From assembly GCA_963717465.1 (NCBI GenBank), contig OY970340.1, positions 480,001-544,000 of the forward strand: a stretch of DNA of 64,000 bases. Direction: 5' to 3'. The DNA is from Candidatus Bathyarchaeota archaeon (GTDB lineage: Archaea; Thermoproteota; Bathyarchaeia; Bathyarchaeales; Bathycorpusculaceae). The notes beneath the pieces are model-generated. The model was not told where the DNA came from. It ran no database searches and saw only the letters and a program-made list of their open reading frames with translations. Numbering within the stretch: the first letter of the stretch is position 1; each line of letters begins with the position of its first letter. Below, one piece after another: positions 21,019-31,126 of the stretch. The position numbers and the translations under genes are program-made.

Positions 21019-21765
21019 TTATGCTTCCTCCCTGAGGGTTCTGCCAGTGAGTTTGATGAAGACTTCTTCCAAGCTTGCCACTTGATTCTTATTGATCAGT
21101 TCTTTGGGCGTGCCAAGCGCGATGAGTTTTCCGTGGTCTATTATGCCGACTCGGTTGCAGAGTTCTTCAGCTTCTTCCATGTTGTGAGTTGTCAAAATGA
21201 TGGTTTTGTTTTCTTTTTTCATTTCTTTAAGGAAGTCCCAAACTGCATGCCGAGATTGCGGGTCCATGGCAACCGTAGGCTCGTCCAAAAAGAGTATTTG
21301 TGGGTCATGAATCAAGGCGAGTATGAGGCTTAGCCTGCGTTTCATGCCGCCGCTATATTTGCCTGCTCGTTTCTTTGAGTCATCAGAAAGACCCATCTTC
21401 TCGAGCAGTAGGTTGCGTCTTTTGTTGAGCGTTGTTTTGTTCATTGTGTGGAGGTTTCCGAAGAGGTCAATGTTTTCTGCGCCTGTCAGGTAGGGGTAAA
21501 TTGCGGTTTCTTGGATGCAAACGCCGATTAATTCTTTGACTTTCACGGATTCTTTCTGTACGTCATACCCGCAAACTTTTGCCATGCCGTTCGTGGGTTT
21601 TATGAGCCCTGAGAGAATGCTTATGGTTGTAGTTTTGCCTGCTCCGTTTGGACCTAAAAGCCCGAAAAGTTCACCTTTTGCAACCAGCAAGTTAAGGTCA
21701 TCGAGAGCTGTTACGTCTTTGTATTTCTTTTCAAGATGCTCAATTATCAAATCTGATTTACTCAT
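21019..21765 (-). CDS. ABC exporter ATP-binding protein (DrrA-like)
   Basis: GPNGAGKTT, YSGGMKRRL, FLDEPT and TTHNM. Confidence 0.95.
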   Translation of the reverse strand: MSKSDLIIEHLEKKYKDVTALDDLNLLVAKGELFGLLGPNGAGKTTTISILSGLIKPTNGMAKVCGYDVQKESVKVKELIGVCIQETAIYPYLTGAENIDLFGNLHTMNKTTLNKRRNLLLEKMGLSDDSKKRAGKYSGGMKRRLSLILALIHDPQILFLDEPTVAMDPQSRHAVWDFLKEMKKENKTIILTTHNMEEAEELCNRVGIIDHGKLIALGTPKELINKNQVASLEEVFIKLTGRTLREEA

Positions 21766-21900
21766 TATTTGTCACTGCTTAATCAGTGTGTTTTGTGGAA
21801 TTTAGTTTCATTTCAACCTTTAAATTCAAAAAAGTGTCGAGAATTAGCTGGGAAATACCTTTTTATCACACGGTCGGTTCAAAAATGGAACTATTTCTGG

Positions 21901-22806
21901 TTAGATCTGGTCTCGCCAAGTATTGAAGACGTACCCTTTATACAAGATATTGGGTATAACTGATGCAACCATTGGTTCCTTCTCGAGATTTTCGACACAG
22001 ATTTCCAATTCATTCATGTTATTAGTCCAAACCGTGTAGAGTTAGGATGTTTGGAAGATTTGAATAACACCAATAAAACAAGTGTATTCGGCGCATACTT
22101 CTTTAGAATTTGATAAGGCACAACGCTCAAATCAGCATCAGGCTTCAAGTGGAGTTCAAGAAGAGTAATGATATCGTTTGATTTATCAGGATACCATTCT
22201 ATACTCAAATCGATTAAGATAATTCTTAATCATACGTTGAAGTCTGCGGCGAACTGTTTTTGCTGAAACACCTAACTCCTCTGCCACGTCAGAAACTGCT
22301 TTTCTTGAATTAACCTCTAAAGACCGAATAATTTTGTAATCTAAGTCGCATAAAGTTGCGTTAGTCATTTTCAGATTAGTCTGTATAAGATAATGGTGCA
22401 GCTGCCATGATGCCAACATGTTGGCTCAAGAATTCCCGCTTCTTTCTTCACAAAACTGACAAGGTCAGTTAATTCGTTTAGACTTCTGAAGATAAGCACC
22501 AATGATAAAGGAATTTTCCGCCGCCAATCGCAAGCCAATAAATCGAACCTTGAGCTTTTAGCTTATCAGGCAAATCCTGAAATGACCCCAATTGAGAAGT
22601 CCCGTAAACAAAAACCACTACCGACCTTTACTGCAAACAAGCTCACTTTAGCGGTAAACTTGCTTATCACACCCTTCTCGATGAGCAGTTGAATTCTCTT
22701 ATGCACGGCATTCACAGACAAGTTAAGCTTCTTTGCCAACTCAGCGTAGGAAAGCCTTGAGTTGACGCGACAAAAGCATAAGCAGACTCATATCCGTCTT
22801 ATCCAT
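21901..22806 (-). pseudogene. Tandem two-HTH Lrp/AsnC-type regulator, heavily frameshifted
   Basis: MDKTD..NSRLSYAELAKKLNLSVNAVHKRIQ and a second HTH DLDYKIIRSLEVNSRKAVSDVAEELGVSAKTVRRRL; fragments in several frames ending at TAA 21901. Confidence 0.7.
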
Positions 22807-23004
22807 GCAGCATCCAAACAACTCTTAAAGAGTAAGATGCTTAAAGATTTAAGCCCTAAAAGAAATTTCTAATAAAAATTGTTCGAAAAAACTGTGCTTT
22901 TCATACCGGGCACGAAAATGTGAACAAATAGGAAATAGTGAATGCTGCCGGAAAACCTTTCGATTTCGGTTATTTGATGCACAAAAAGCTCTTTCGAAGA
23001 AGGG

Positions 23005-23401
23005 TTATTTAATGTCGCCTAGCGTTGAAACGGTTATTGAGGGTCTTATTTTTTTGATTAGGCGTGAATCCTCGCTTATTAGTTGCAGTTCTTTGGCCTT
23101 AGCGAAGTTAACGTATGCTGCATCGTAAAATGTAATCTTTGCTCGTAGTGCAGTGTCCAATATTTCTTCTTCATTATTGGCTATCGAATAGAACGTCTAA
23201 TATGTTTAATGTATGCTTGATTGTTCTTAACATCATTTTTAATTCTGGCTCCGTAATCTTGCCTTGTAACGAATATTCTTTCCATGCAATATTTCCCAGT
23301 TCATACCTTGCTAGTTCCAATGTATAGTTTCCAGCCAAAACCTCAATCGTGTTCTCTTTAATGGCTCTAAAAATGGCTGAGGAATCAAATAAGTACTTCA
23401 T
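23005..23401 (-). CDS. vapC: VapC PIN-domain toxin (frameshift near 23185)
   Basis: YLFDSSAI and YELGNIAWK; ITFYDAAYV..LISED in the second frame. Confidence 0.85.
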
Positions 23402-23628
23402 CTACTATCCCTATCTTCCCGTATACCCTTCACTATGTCCTCCACGCTTACTTTCTCAAGAACGAGTTTTAACTTGCGTATTTCTTCTTTGAGTTCTTCC
23501 ATTTCCCTTTTTTTCACTTCATCTTCGAGCGCTTTTCGCAAAATTTTGGATGGCTTAATCTTGAAGCGCCGCATTTTTTCTTTGAGTTGTTTAGAAATTT
23601 TTGCGGAAACTGTTACAGATTGCGTCAA
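23398..23628 (-). CDS. vapB: RHH-type antitoxin (VapB)
   Basis: VTVSAKISKQLKEK..SKILRKALEDEV RHH; C-terminal IREDRDSR; overlaps vapC start. Confidence 0.8.
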   Translation of the reverse strand: MTQSVTVSAKISKQLKEKMRRFKIKPSKILRKALEDEVKKREMEELKEEIRKLKLVLEKVSVEDIVKGIREDRDSR

Positions 23629-23742
23629 ACTTCACACCAAAAAGTAGTATTTAAAAATGAGATAAAAAATTTCTATAAAAAGTAGTAATTCTGGATAGCC
23701 CTACTATTTTATTATTAAGCAAATCCCATTGACGATTGAAGG

Positions 23743-24486
23743 CTAAAGTAGCTGTCCCTTTTCCCAATAGTAAAGGAACAGGTCTTTTATCCAGCTGTGG
23801 AAGGTGGAATCATCGCCGAAGAACCCTGCGTAGTCCATTTTTCCTCCAATCTGGCGAAAACATATTCCAGCCATCTGCTCAGTGAGTGCAATTACCGCAG
23901 GAATGTCAAACAAGCCTCGAGCTTCAACGTTCTTCGGAGTTCCAGGCTGGCTTACGACGGGCAGAAGTTTTGTCGGAATAAGCATTTTGATTTGGATTCC
24001 TTTTTGAACCTGCTGATTCATTATGGGGATCATCTTGTCCGGAATGGTACCTTCGCCTGTAGCCCAAATGTACTGTTTAGCTTCAGTAAACCATTTTTCG
24101 CCCTTATTCAAGCTTCCAATTGTATCTGTTTCCAACTGGGCTTCTTCAAGTTCGCCTATCCTATTAACGAATTGGTTGGGAAGCCTCATCAAATCATGTG
24201 TCGAAAAATACTCTCGATGTTTAGAGACGAAATCTAAGGATGCTGAAATCTGAAGCACGATTTTGCCATATTCCCCAAGAGTAAATGTGCCGTCAGGCTG
24301 CTTCTGAACAAGCAAAGTGGAACTCAACCGCTCTAGCTGCCGAAAAGCCTCCGTTGGAGTAACTTTAAGTCGACGAGAAATTTCCTGCATCTTCAAATTC
24401 TGCTTCTGCAACTCCCTCAGAATACAAAGTCTGCTTTCACTTGCCAACTCGAAAAATAACTTTTCCAAACCTAACCCTTCGCTCAA
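23743..24486 (-). CDS. ArsR-type HTH regulator with DUF1724/FilR1-middle-like domain
   Basis: LFFELASESRLCIL..RQLERL HTH; YFSTHDL and WIKDLFLYYW. Confidence 0.8.
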   Translation of the reverse strand: MSEGLGLEKLFFELASESRLCILRELQKQNLKMQEISRRLKVTPTEAFRQLERLSSTLLVQKQPDGTFTLGEYGKIVLQISASLDFVSKHREYFSTHDLMRLPNQFVNRIGELEEAQLETDTIGSLNKGEKWFTEAKQYIWATGEGTIPDKMIPIMNQQVQKGIQIKMLIPTKLLPVVSQPGTPKNVEARGLFDIPAVIALTEQMAGICFRQIGGKMDYAGFFGDDSTFHSWIKDLFLYYWEKGQLL

Positions 24487-24589
24487 ACCTTTTCACCAAT
24501 GAATTTTTGATTCCAATACTTACTTTTTAGCATCCTAATCAAATAAAACTAATCATTACTTCCCGACTATTAAAAAGCAGGGAAGAAAA

Positions 24590-24847
24590 ATGGAAAGCAA
24601 CAAAGAACGGTTTTTCTCTGTCGAGTTAAAGTCCAAGCGAAACCTGAAAAATATCTCATTAACCAATGGATCGAGTGATAGTGTACTTCTTGAAGGAAAC
24701 CTTGGTGAACTCGTGCAGGCTAGGTTTGCAGAAGGCATAATTCTGGAAATTATTGGAAAAAACGGAATATTCAGAGTCGACTTAAGAGAAGAAGAGCTCA
24801 AAAGAACTTCCTTGAAGAATCAAATCGAGGGAAAAATCAATGAGTAA
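24590..24847 (+). CDS. Small hypothetical protein
   Basis: Clean ORF with GGAAG upstream, translationally coupled to the next gene. Confidence 0.6.
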   Translation: MESNKERFFSVELKSKRNLKNISLTNGSSDSVLLEGNLGELVQARFAEGIILEIIGKNGIFRVDLREEELKRTSLKNQIEGKINE

Positions 24848-25589
24848 CTTTGGCACAAGGTCCAAAATCATTTGCCGAGTCGGTGCATTAGCTGCTTTGA
24901 TTGCCGCTTTGGGCTTTAGAAGAAATATGGGTGCAGAAATGACGATGTTCTTCGGGGCAACGCCGACGGCTGCTTCTGGCTGGTTCACGCTGCTTCAGGA
25001 TAATCCTTTACTTGGAATAATTTCCCTCAATTTTTTTGACATCATCAATTATGCCCTAGTCAGCATTATGTTTGTTGCCCTTTTCTTTGCGCTTAGAAAG
25101 ACCAGGCAAGGCTTAGCGGCGAGTTTGTTGTGCTTAGGGGGGTTCATTGTTTACGTTGTTTCAGACACCTCTTTTGAGATGGTTTCCCTAAGCAACAAAT
25201 ATGCAACTGCATCAACGGCAGCACAAAAATCCGCATTATTAGCGGCGGGACAAGCGATACTTGCGAAAGGCGTTCCTGGCGCAGGCTATGAAGGCATAGG
25301 CGGCGTTGTCAGCATGTTGCTCATCGCTGTTGCCGGCTTAATAATCTCGATCGCTATACTTCAGAGCAAAATCTTCAACAGAATAACTGGTTATTTGGGA
25401 ATCATTGCAAGCGTCTTTGACTTGGTTTACCTTATGAGCTTAGGGTCTTTACCAGTTACGAGCGTTCTCTGGTCCAGCATACTTGTTGGCGGTGCAGGCT
25501 TACTGTTGACGGTTTGGCATATCTTGATTGGAATAAGACTCTACCGTCTAAGCAACATGCCTAATATCAAAGTAGGTGTTAACCCATGA
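24840..25589 (+). CDS. Multi-pass membrane protein (DUF4386-like)
   Basis: About 6 hydrophobic helices; WFTLLQDNPLLG and LSNKYATA. Confidence 0.65.
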   Translation: MSNFGTRSKIICRVGALAALIAALGFRRNMGAEMTMFFGATPTAASGWFTLLQDNPLLGIISLNFFDIINYALVSIMFVALFFALRKTRQGLAASLLCLGGFIVYVVSDTSFEMVSLSNKYATASTAAQKSALLAAGQAILAKGVPGAGYEGIGGVVSMLLIAVAGLIISIAILQSKIFNRITGYLGIIASVFDLVYLMSLGSLPVTSVLWSSILVGGAGLLLTVWHILIGIRLYRLSNMPNIKVGVNP

Positions 25590-26220
25590 ATAAAGCATTG
25601 ATTGTTCTACGGAACTCGTTACGGAGCGACAGAGAGCACATCTGAAGAGATCGCAAAAACCCTTCGAAAAGAAGGCATTGAAGTTCGGGTTGTCAACGCT
25701 AAACGGGAAAAAGTCAAAGACATAAATGAATATGACCTTATCATTGTTGGCGGTGGCATCCAACTTAACCGTTGGACTGCTGAACCCGAAAACTTCCTTA
25801 GAAAATTTCAAGCAAAACTTGCAACGAAGAAGCTTGCACTTTTTGTTCTGCTGCGGTTCCGCTATTGGGAAACTACCTGTGGTGAAGCCTTCGTCTCCTC
25901 CACCTGATAACTGGTTGGTAAACAAGATGCCATGGGCACGTTTAGCAAATGATGATCCAGTTGTAATGGCTAGGCAGAATTATCTTGAGGAAAAAGCAGC
26001 CAAATACAATCAACACCCTATTGCTCTGGGCTTGTTCGGAGGCGTCTACAACTATAACAAGCTACCATGGTACCTTAAGAAAGCAGCAGAAGCAGATCGA
26101 CCTCGAATAGAAGCCGCCATAAAGGAAACACAGCCTGGAGTCTATGATACAAGAGACTGGAATACCATCCGAGAATGGGCAGAGGAACTAGCTAAAACTG
26201 TGAACTCTCCTAAAAGGTAA
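25586..26220 (+). CDS. Flavodoxin-domain (HemG-like) protein, frameshift near 25848
   Basis: YGTRYGATESTSEEIA, YDLIIVGGGI, FGGVYNY and DTRDWNTIREWAEEL. Confidence 0.85.
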
Positions 26221-26315
26221 AATAACTCGCTCTATGCTCGACTCAAAATCAAATGAATATAAAAAGATAAATTAAAAAAGAAAAAGGGGGTTGTGTTTAG
26301 CGTGTTGCTATTTTT

Positions 26316-28598
26316 TTAACCAGCTATTTTTTTACGCATCACCATGATGCTTGCGACGGCTGCTACGGCTGCGATTATTGCAAATATTGCTGCTATGTAT
26401 GCGGCTGTTGTTGCTGAATTGTTATTTGTGTTATTAGTTGAGAGGTTAGAAACGTTAGTTTGAACGTTTCCAACATCAGTCTTTAGAGTTGCAATGCCAT
26501 TACTAATTGAGATAACAGTCGCATTTATCGAGCTAAGAGAAGTTTGAATAGTACCGACACTAGTCCGCAAAGTAGCAAGACCATTACTAATTGAGATAAC
26601 AGTCGCATTTATCGAGCTAAGAGAAGTTTGAATAGTACCGACACTAGTCTGCAAAGTAGCAATGCCATCACTAATCGAAGTAACAGTCGCATCAATTGAG
26701 CTAAGAGATGTCTGAATAGCTCCGAAACTTGTCTGCAAAGTAGCGAAACCATTACTAACCGAGGTAAGCTCAGCGTTTAAGCTTGAGAGTGTGTCCATGG
26801 TTATGGTTGCTTGTGGCAGTGACATTGTTCCAGCGCCGATCTGTATAGTGTAGACGCCTGGTTCTAGAACTGGAAGGATGAAGCCAGGGATTAAGTTGTC
26901 AGTAGTTGAGAGTGTTCCGTTACCGTTGAATGTCCATGCAGCTATTTGTGTAGTGTAGCCGTTGTCGTTCATTGCGTCAGTGCCGTTGATTGCGAATACG
27001 GATATTGATCCTGATGTTATTGAGTTGCCTGTTGAGTAAATACTCTCTACGGATTGGGCTTGTACTATTGTTGGAGTAACGATCATGCCGGGGACGACTG
27101 TGAAAGTGCCTGCTGCTGTTTCGAGTTGTGCATCAGTAGCTGAAACTGCGTATGCGCCAGCTGCTACGTTCGGGAAGATAAAGTTAGTGCTGAAATAGCC
27201 ATTGTTATCGGTTGTAACATTTTGGACTGGCAAGTCATATGTGCCGTGTTGGTTGTAGTATGATGTATAGCTTAGGACGTTGAGGACTTTAATTGTCACT
27301 GATGAGTCTGGCGTGAAGCCGTATCCTGTAACAGTTACAGTAGTTCCAAGGCTTTTGTTATCAATTTTAAGAATTGTTCCAGAAACTATGCCGTTTGAGC
27401 CAGCAGTTGTGTAGTAGCCAACGGTGCCGTTATTTGGGCTGATCGTGATGAATATGCCAATCTGGAATAGGGCTGAAGCAGTGTTTTGTGAAGCATCAGT
27501 TGCACGTACTATGTGACCGCCTATGGCAGTGCTTGTGACAGTGAATGTTGCAGTATAGTATCCAGTTTTGTCGGTAGAGACAGTGTCGTTGACAATAGAT
27601 CCATCGAAAGTAAGTGTTACAAGTGAGTTACTTGCAAAACCCGACCCTGTAACAGTAACTACATCGTTAAGTTTACCGTGGTCAGGGGTTAAGGTAATTT
27701 CTGGAGATACCAAGTAGTAGCCTAAGAATGTGTGGTTGCCATTGATGTCAGTAACGACAATATTGTACGAGCCACCGGGTAGCTTTGGAAGCACAACAGT
27801 TGAAGAGAAGTCTCCAGTCGCGCTAGTTGAAGTAGAACCAATTGTTGCAATGTAGCTTAATGAGGTCTGTTGACTAATGAAAGTTATTGCAGATATTAGA
27901 CTGCTTGCTGCGAAGCCTGCACCAGTTATCGTAGTTGTTGTTCCGACATCGCCATTACCAGAGATGGGATTTACTGTTATTCCAGGAATTATCTGGAAGG
28001 TAGCGCTTGCACTGTTAGACTGTGCATCTGTGCCCGTTATAGAGTAAACGCCTGTAGATAAGTCAGGTACGGTTATGGAATCAAGTGTACAGCTTCCTTG
28101 AGCGTCTGCAGTTGCAGTGCCTAAAGTAGTTCCCGCTAACTTAAAGGTGACGACACTGTTTGCAGCAAAGCCTGTTCCAGTGAGATCAATAGTTGATCCA
28201 CTGATTGAGGTAGGCGCAAGTTTTGTTGGACTAACAATTATGGCTGGCTGGATAGGCAAGTTTGCACTTACTATCGCGTTGTTGCTTGTGTCAACTGCAG
28301 TGATGTTGTAAATACCACATGGAGTTTCGGGAATTGTAATTGTTGTAGAGAAGCTGCCGCCTATTGGTGCAGTAACTGTTGTCAGCAAGGACCCATTCAT
28401 GAAAATATCAACGATTGCTAAGTTATTTGCAGAACCACTGATTGTCACTGGTGACCCAACGTACGCTGTAGACGGAGTAATGGTTAAATTTGTTATAGCA
28501 TGTGCAGTCAGGATAGTTGAGATCGTCATGATAACAAGAATTGCTAGAATGAAACTCGCTACAATTTTTTTGTTGAATAATTTATTGTTCATTTGCAT
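26316..28598 (-). CDS. Large secreted surface protein: signal peptide, repeated Ig-like beta domains, heptad-repeat stalk, C-terminal TM anchor
   Basis: Recurrent ITITP..G..VTVTG.GFA motifs; 28-aa repeats; C-terminal AAYIAAIFAIIAAVAAVASIMVMRKKIAG; probable ATG at 28598. Confidence 0.8.
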   Translation of the reverse strand: MQMNNKLFNKKIVASFILAILVIMTISTILTAHAITNLTITPSTAYVGSPVTISGSANNLAIVDIFMNGSLLTTVTAPIGGSFSTTITIPETPCGIYNITAVDTSNNAIVSANLPIQPAIIVSPTKLAPTSISGSTIDLTGTGFAANSVVTFKLAGTTLGTATADAQGSCTLDSITVPDLSTGVYSITGTDAQSNSASATFQIIPGITVNPISGNGDVGTTTTITGAGFAASSLISAITFISQQTSLSYIATIGSTSTSATGDFSSTVVLPKLPGGSYNIVVTDINGNHTFLGYYLVSPEITLTPDHGKLNDVVTVTGSGFASNSLVTLTFDGSIVNDTVSTDKTGYYTATFTVTSTAIGGHIVRATDASQNTASALFQIGIFITISPNNGTVGYYTTAGSNGIVSGTILKIDNKSLGTTVTVTGYGFTPDSSVTIKVLNVLSYTSYYNQHGTYDLPVQNVTTDNNGYFSTNFIFPNVAAGAYAVSATDAQLETAAGTFTVVPGMIVTPTIVQAQSVESIYSTGNSITSGSISVFAINGTDAMNDNGYTTQIAAWTFNGNGTLSTTDNLIPGFILPVLEPGVYTIQIGAGTMSLPQATITMDTLSSLNAELTSVSNGFATLQTSFGAIQTSLSSIDATVTSISDGIATLQTSVGTIQTSLSSINATVISISNGLATLRTSVGTIQTSLSSINATVISISNGIATLKTDVGNVQTNVSNLSTNNTNNNSATTAAYIAAIFAIIAAVAAVASIMVMRKKIAG
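26497..26760. repeat. 84-bp (28-aa) coding tandem repeat, about 3.2 copies
   Basis: ccattactaa/ccatcactaa recurs at 26497, 26581, 26665 and 26749. Confidence 0.9.
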
Positions 28599-28690
28599 TT
28601 TTCTTACTTCCTTGTTTTTTCGGTAGTGGCAGGTAAGCGATAAATTGATATTTAAAAATGATGTAAACAATCCAATTTTAAAATTACATT

Positions 28691-28719
28691 TGTGCACATT
28701 CCACAATATAATGTGCACA
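28691..28719. promoter_or_regulatory. Two TGTGCACA palindromes 21 bp apart, upstream of the surface-protein TATA box
   Basis: TGTGCACA at 28691-28698 and 28712-28719; TTTAAATA on the minus strand at about 28649-28656. Confidence 0.5.
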
Positions 28720-28739
28720 TTGCATAATTTAATGCGATA

Positions 28740-29312
28740 TTAATAATTAAACTCCATTGCTATTATGCCTTTGCAGTAGTCCGTTTTGTTGGTTTGATAT
28801 CTCATGCCATGCATCACACCGTCAATGAACTTTACAAGGGATTCTGTATCTTCAAGCGAAAGCACGCTAGAAACACATATTAATTTTATAAAATCCTTAT
28901 GGAAAGTTACATTGACTTCACTTAGGCTCCAACATGTAGCTAAAAGAAATTCCCTGAAGCCTTCGACTGGATCATTAAATTTCTCCTTGATATATTTGCC
29001 ATACCAAACGCCGCTATCATACCATTTTGAAAGAAAAGTCTCCTTGTCTTCATCGTAAGCTTTGTGAGTCAAATAGGTCAAAACATCCAGCGGAACAAAA
29101 TCGCCGCCAAGAAGCTTGTAAGATCGTGAGAGTTCACATAAATTTTCAAGTTCATTTGAAGTGACGCCTAAAGAGTTCATTTGGACAGCAAGTTTTAGGG
29201 CATCTTCAATAAACTTGTTTGGTGATGAGTTGGCTTTAACGGATGCTTCTATAGCTTGTGCTAAAACATCCTCAGAGATAGCGACTAATTTTTTGTTGCG
29301 ACTTTTAGACAC
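28740..29312 (-). CDS. Putative regulator: N-terminal RHH-like segment plus V4R/H-NOX-like C-terminal domain
   Basis: KLVAISEDV..PNKFIEDAL RHH-like; WYDSGVWYGKY and FIDGVMHG pattern; paralogous to the upstream gene. Confidence 0.55.
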   Translation of the reverse strand: MSKSRNKKLVAISEDVLAQAIEASVKANSSPNKFIEDALKLAVQMNSLGVTSNELENLCELSRSYKLLGGDFVPLDVLTYLTHKAYDEDKETFLSKWYDSGVWYGKYIKEKFNDPVEGFREFLLATCWSLSEVNVTFHKDFIKLICVSSVLSLEDTESLVKFIDGVMHGMRYQTNKTDYCKGIIAMEFNY

Positions 29313-29318
29313 GCTATT

Positions 29319-29948
29319 TTACTCCTTTATAATTTCCATGCGAATAATGCCGCGATTAATTTCAAGATAGACTAATTTGTACATGAAAGTCTCAACAGCA
29401 CCCTTAATAAAAGATCCAAGTAAATGGGTGTATGAATCCGAAAAACGAGGGCTCAAAACACGCACGGATAAATGTGAACCAACTCTGTTGATTTGCATTT
29501 CAGGAACATTCCAAAATAAAACGGATAAATCTGATAAATCCTTCATTAAGTTTTCATACGGGTTTTCAACATCGCTTAGGATGTACCGCTTAGCGAACCA
29601 AACACCCGCATCATGCCAACTTTTCAAAGTGACTTCTTTTTTCTCTTTATAGGCGATGTCAGCCATTTCATACCAGAGGTTTTCAGGCCCTAAAGTTAAA
29701 CCAAGTCTTTTAGCATTTGCTTCCACTTGACGTTCTTCGACGACTTTTTTTAAGTTTAAACTTAAAGCTTCAGCTGTAAGTGCTAATTCGAAAAGGTCAT
29801 TCACTGTTCCGTATAGACTGTGTCCTCTTTTTTTAGCAATATAACTTAAGCTTTCTATCAAGTCTTCCCGGCAAACGAACGTCTTTCTTTTAGCAGAAAT
29901 ACTCTTTCTGCTTGAGTACAAATCCGAATTCGTCGCCACGGATTTCAT
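29319..29948 (-). CDS. Putative regulator: RHH-like plus V4R/H-NOX-like domain (paralog of 28740-29312)
   Basis: RKTFVCREDL..IAKKRGHSLYGTVNDLF; WHDAGVWFAKRY and FIKGAVETF. Confidence 0.55.
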   Translation of the reverse strand: MKSVATNSDLYSSRKSISAKRKTFVCREDLIESLSYIAKKRGHSLYGTVNDLFELALTAEALSLNLKKVVEERQVEANAKRLGLTLGPENLWYEMADIAYKEKKEVTLKSWHDAGVWFAKRYILSDVENPYENLMKDLSDLSVLFWNVPEMQINRVGSHLSVRVLSPRFSDSYTHLLGSFIKGAVETFMYKLVYLEINRGIIRMEIIKE

Positions 29949-30283
29949 GAAGATGTTTGAACTCCATTAACCCCTCAAGCAAGGGCTAGGATTAATAGCT
30001 GAGATAAAAACGTACAATTTAAAAATTATGTACACTTAAAGCTATCTAGAATAGTGATTGTACACACTGCGAACACCAGTTAATTCATAATGCAAACTTG
30101 TAAAAAAAAATGTTTTTGACCACCCGCCTCATAATAGAAATTTTTGTTTTTCTTGTGATTTTCGTTATTGACACATTGTCGACGCAAATTTTGTATGCTC
30201 TCAGTGGGCTGAAACTTTTTTCAGATAGGCAGAAGATTGGTAACAAATTAGAAACCACTTTGTTTATAAGTGACAATGTACTC

Positions 30284-30319
30284 ATAGTAACTATGTTACT
30301 ATTGGTAACTTTGTTACTA
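30284..30319. promoter_or_regulatory. Tandem palindromic operators (GTAAC-N3-GTTAC x2) downstream of a TATA box
   Basis: ATAGTAAC-TAT-GTTACTAT (30284-30302) and TGGTAAC-TTT-GTTACTA (30303-30319); TTTATAA at 30263-30269. Confidence 0.65.
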
Positions 30320-30351
30320 AAGGTAAAAAACCAAAAAGACAAGGAAGTTAA

Positions 30352-31113
30352 TTGAAAATGAAAGTTTTAGCTTTCAACAGTAGTCCCAACACGGAAAACG
30401 GCAACACTGCTCTCATCCTAAACCCCTTCCTAAAAGGAATGAAAGAAGCAGGAGCAGAAATAGAATTATTCTACATCAAAAAACTGAAAATCAACCCATG
30501 TATAAGCGAAATGTCATGCGTAATAAAAACGCCAGGCAAATGCATCCTAAATGATGACATGCAAATGCTTTATCCGAAATTGAAAGAAGCTGACATAATC
30601 GTATTCGCCACCCCACTGCATTTCGACGGGATGACAACAACGATGAAAAACTTGATTGAAAGGCTATGGTTGCCCAGCGGAACCCCATTTCTGGAACTGA
30701 GAAACGGACGTGTACGACACCCTGTTCAGCCAAATACAAAAAAAGCGAAGATAGTTCTTCTTTCAAACTGCGGATTTTATGAATTAGAGAATTTTACACC
30801 ACTGTTGGCGCACATTAAAGCAATTTGTGAAAACTTGAGCTTTGAATTTGCAGGTGCCCTACTTCGTCCTCACGGTCCTACGCTGGGCATGATGCTTAAG
30901 GCAGGCGCTCCAGTGACGGATGTTTTAAATGCAGCAGAAGAAGCTGGACGTCAACTGGTAACTGAAGGAAAAATGTCTGAGGAGACTTTGAATGTTGTTA
31001 GCAGAGAACTTTTGCCCTTAAAAGATTACGTCCAGCATCACAATCAACGCATCAAACAGTTCGTCGAAAAAATGAAAATGGCACCAACACCAACAGTGCA
31101 GCAGCTAAAGTAG
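30352..31113 (+). CDS. Flavodoxin-fold NADPH-dependent FMN reductase / iron-sulfur flavoprotein-like protein
   Basis: NSSP..GNT, PCISEMSC..TPGKC..DDM, FATPLHF and SNCGF. Confidence 0.88.
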   Translation: MKMKVLAFNSSPNTENGNTALILNPFLKGMKEAGAEIELFYIKKLKINPCISEMSCVIKTPGKCILNDDMQMLYPKLKEADIIVFATPLHFDGMTTTMKNLIERLWLPSGTPFLELRNGRVRHPVQPNTKKAKIVLLSNCGFYELENFTPLLAHIKAICENLSFEFAGALLRPHGPTLGMMLKAGAPVTDVLNAAEEAGRQLVTEGKMSEETLNVVSRELLPLKDYVQHHNQRIKQFVEKMKMAPTPTVQQLK

Positions 31114-31126
31114 GAGAAATAAGTAA

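Noticed and set aside
26497..26760. CRISPR array (also the 30-bp repeat at 47985-48058)
   Set aside because: The repeats are contiguous, in-frame coding units with no unique spacers, and no cas genes are present.
30085..30355. ORFs 30110-30355 (+) and 30085-30342 (-)
   Set aside because: AT-rich promoter DNA containing the TATA box and operators; no recognisable protein features.
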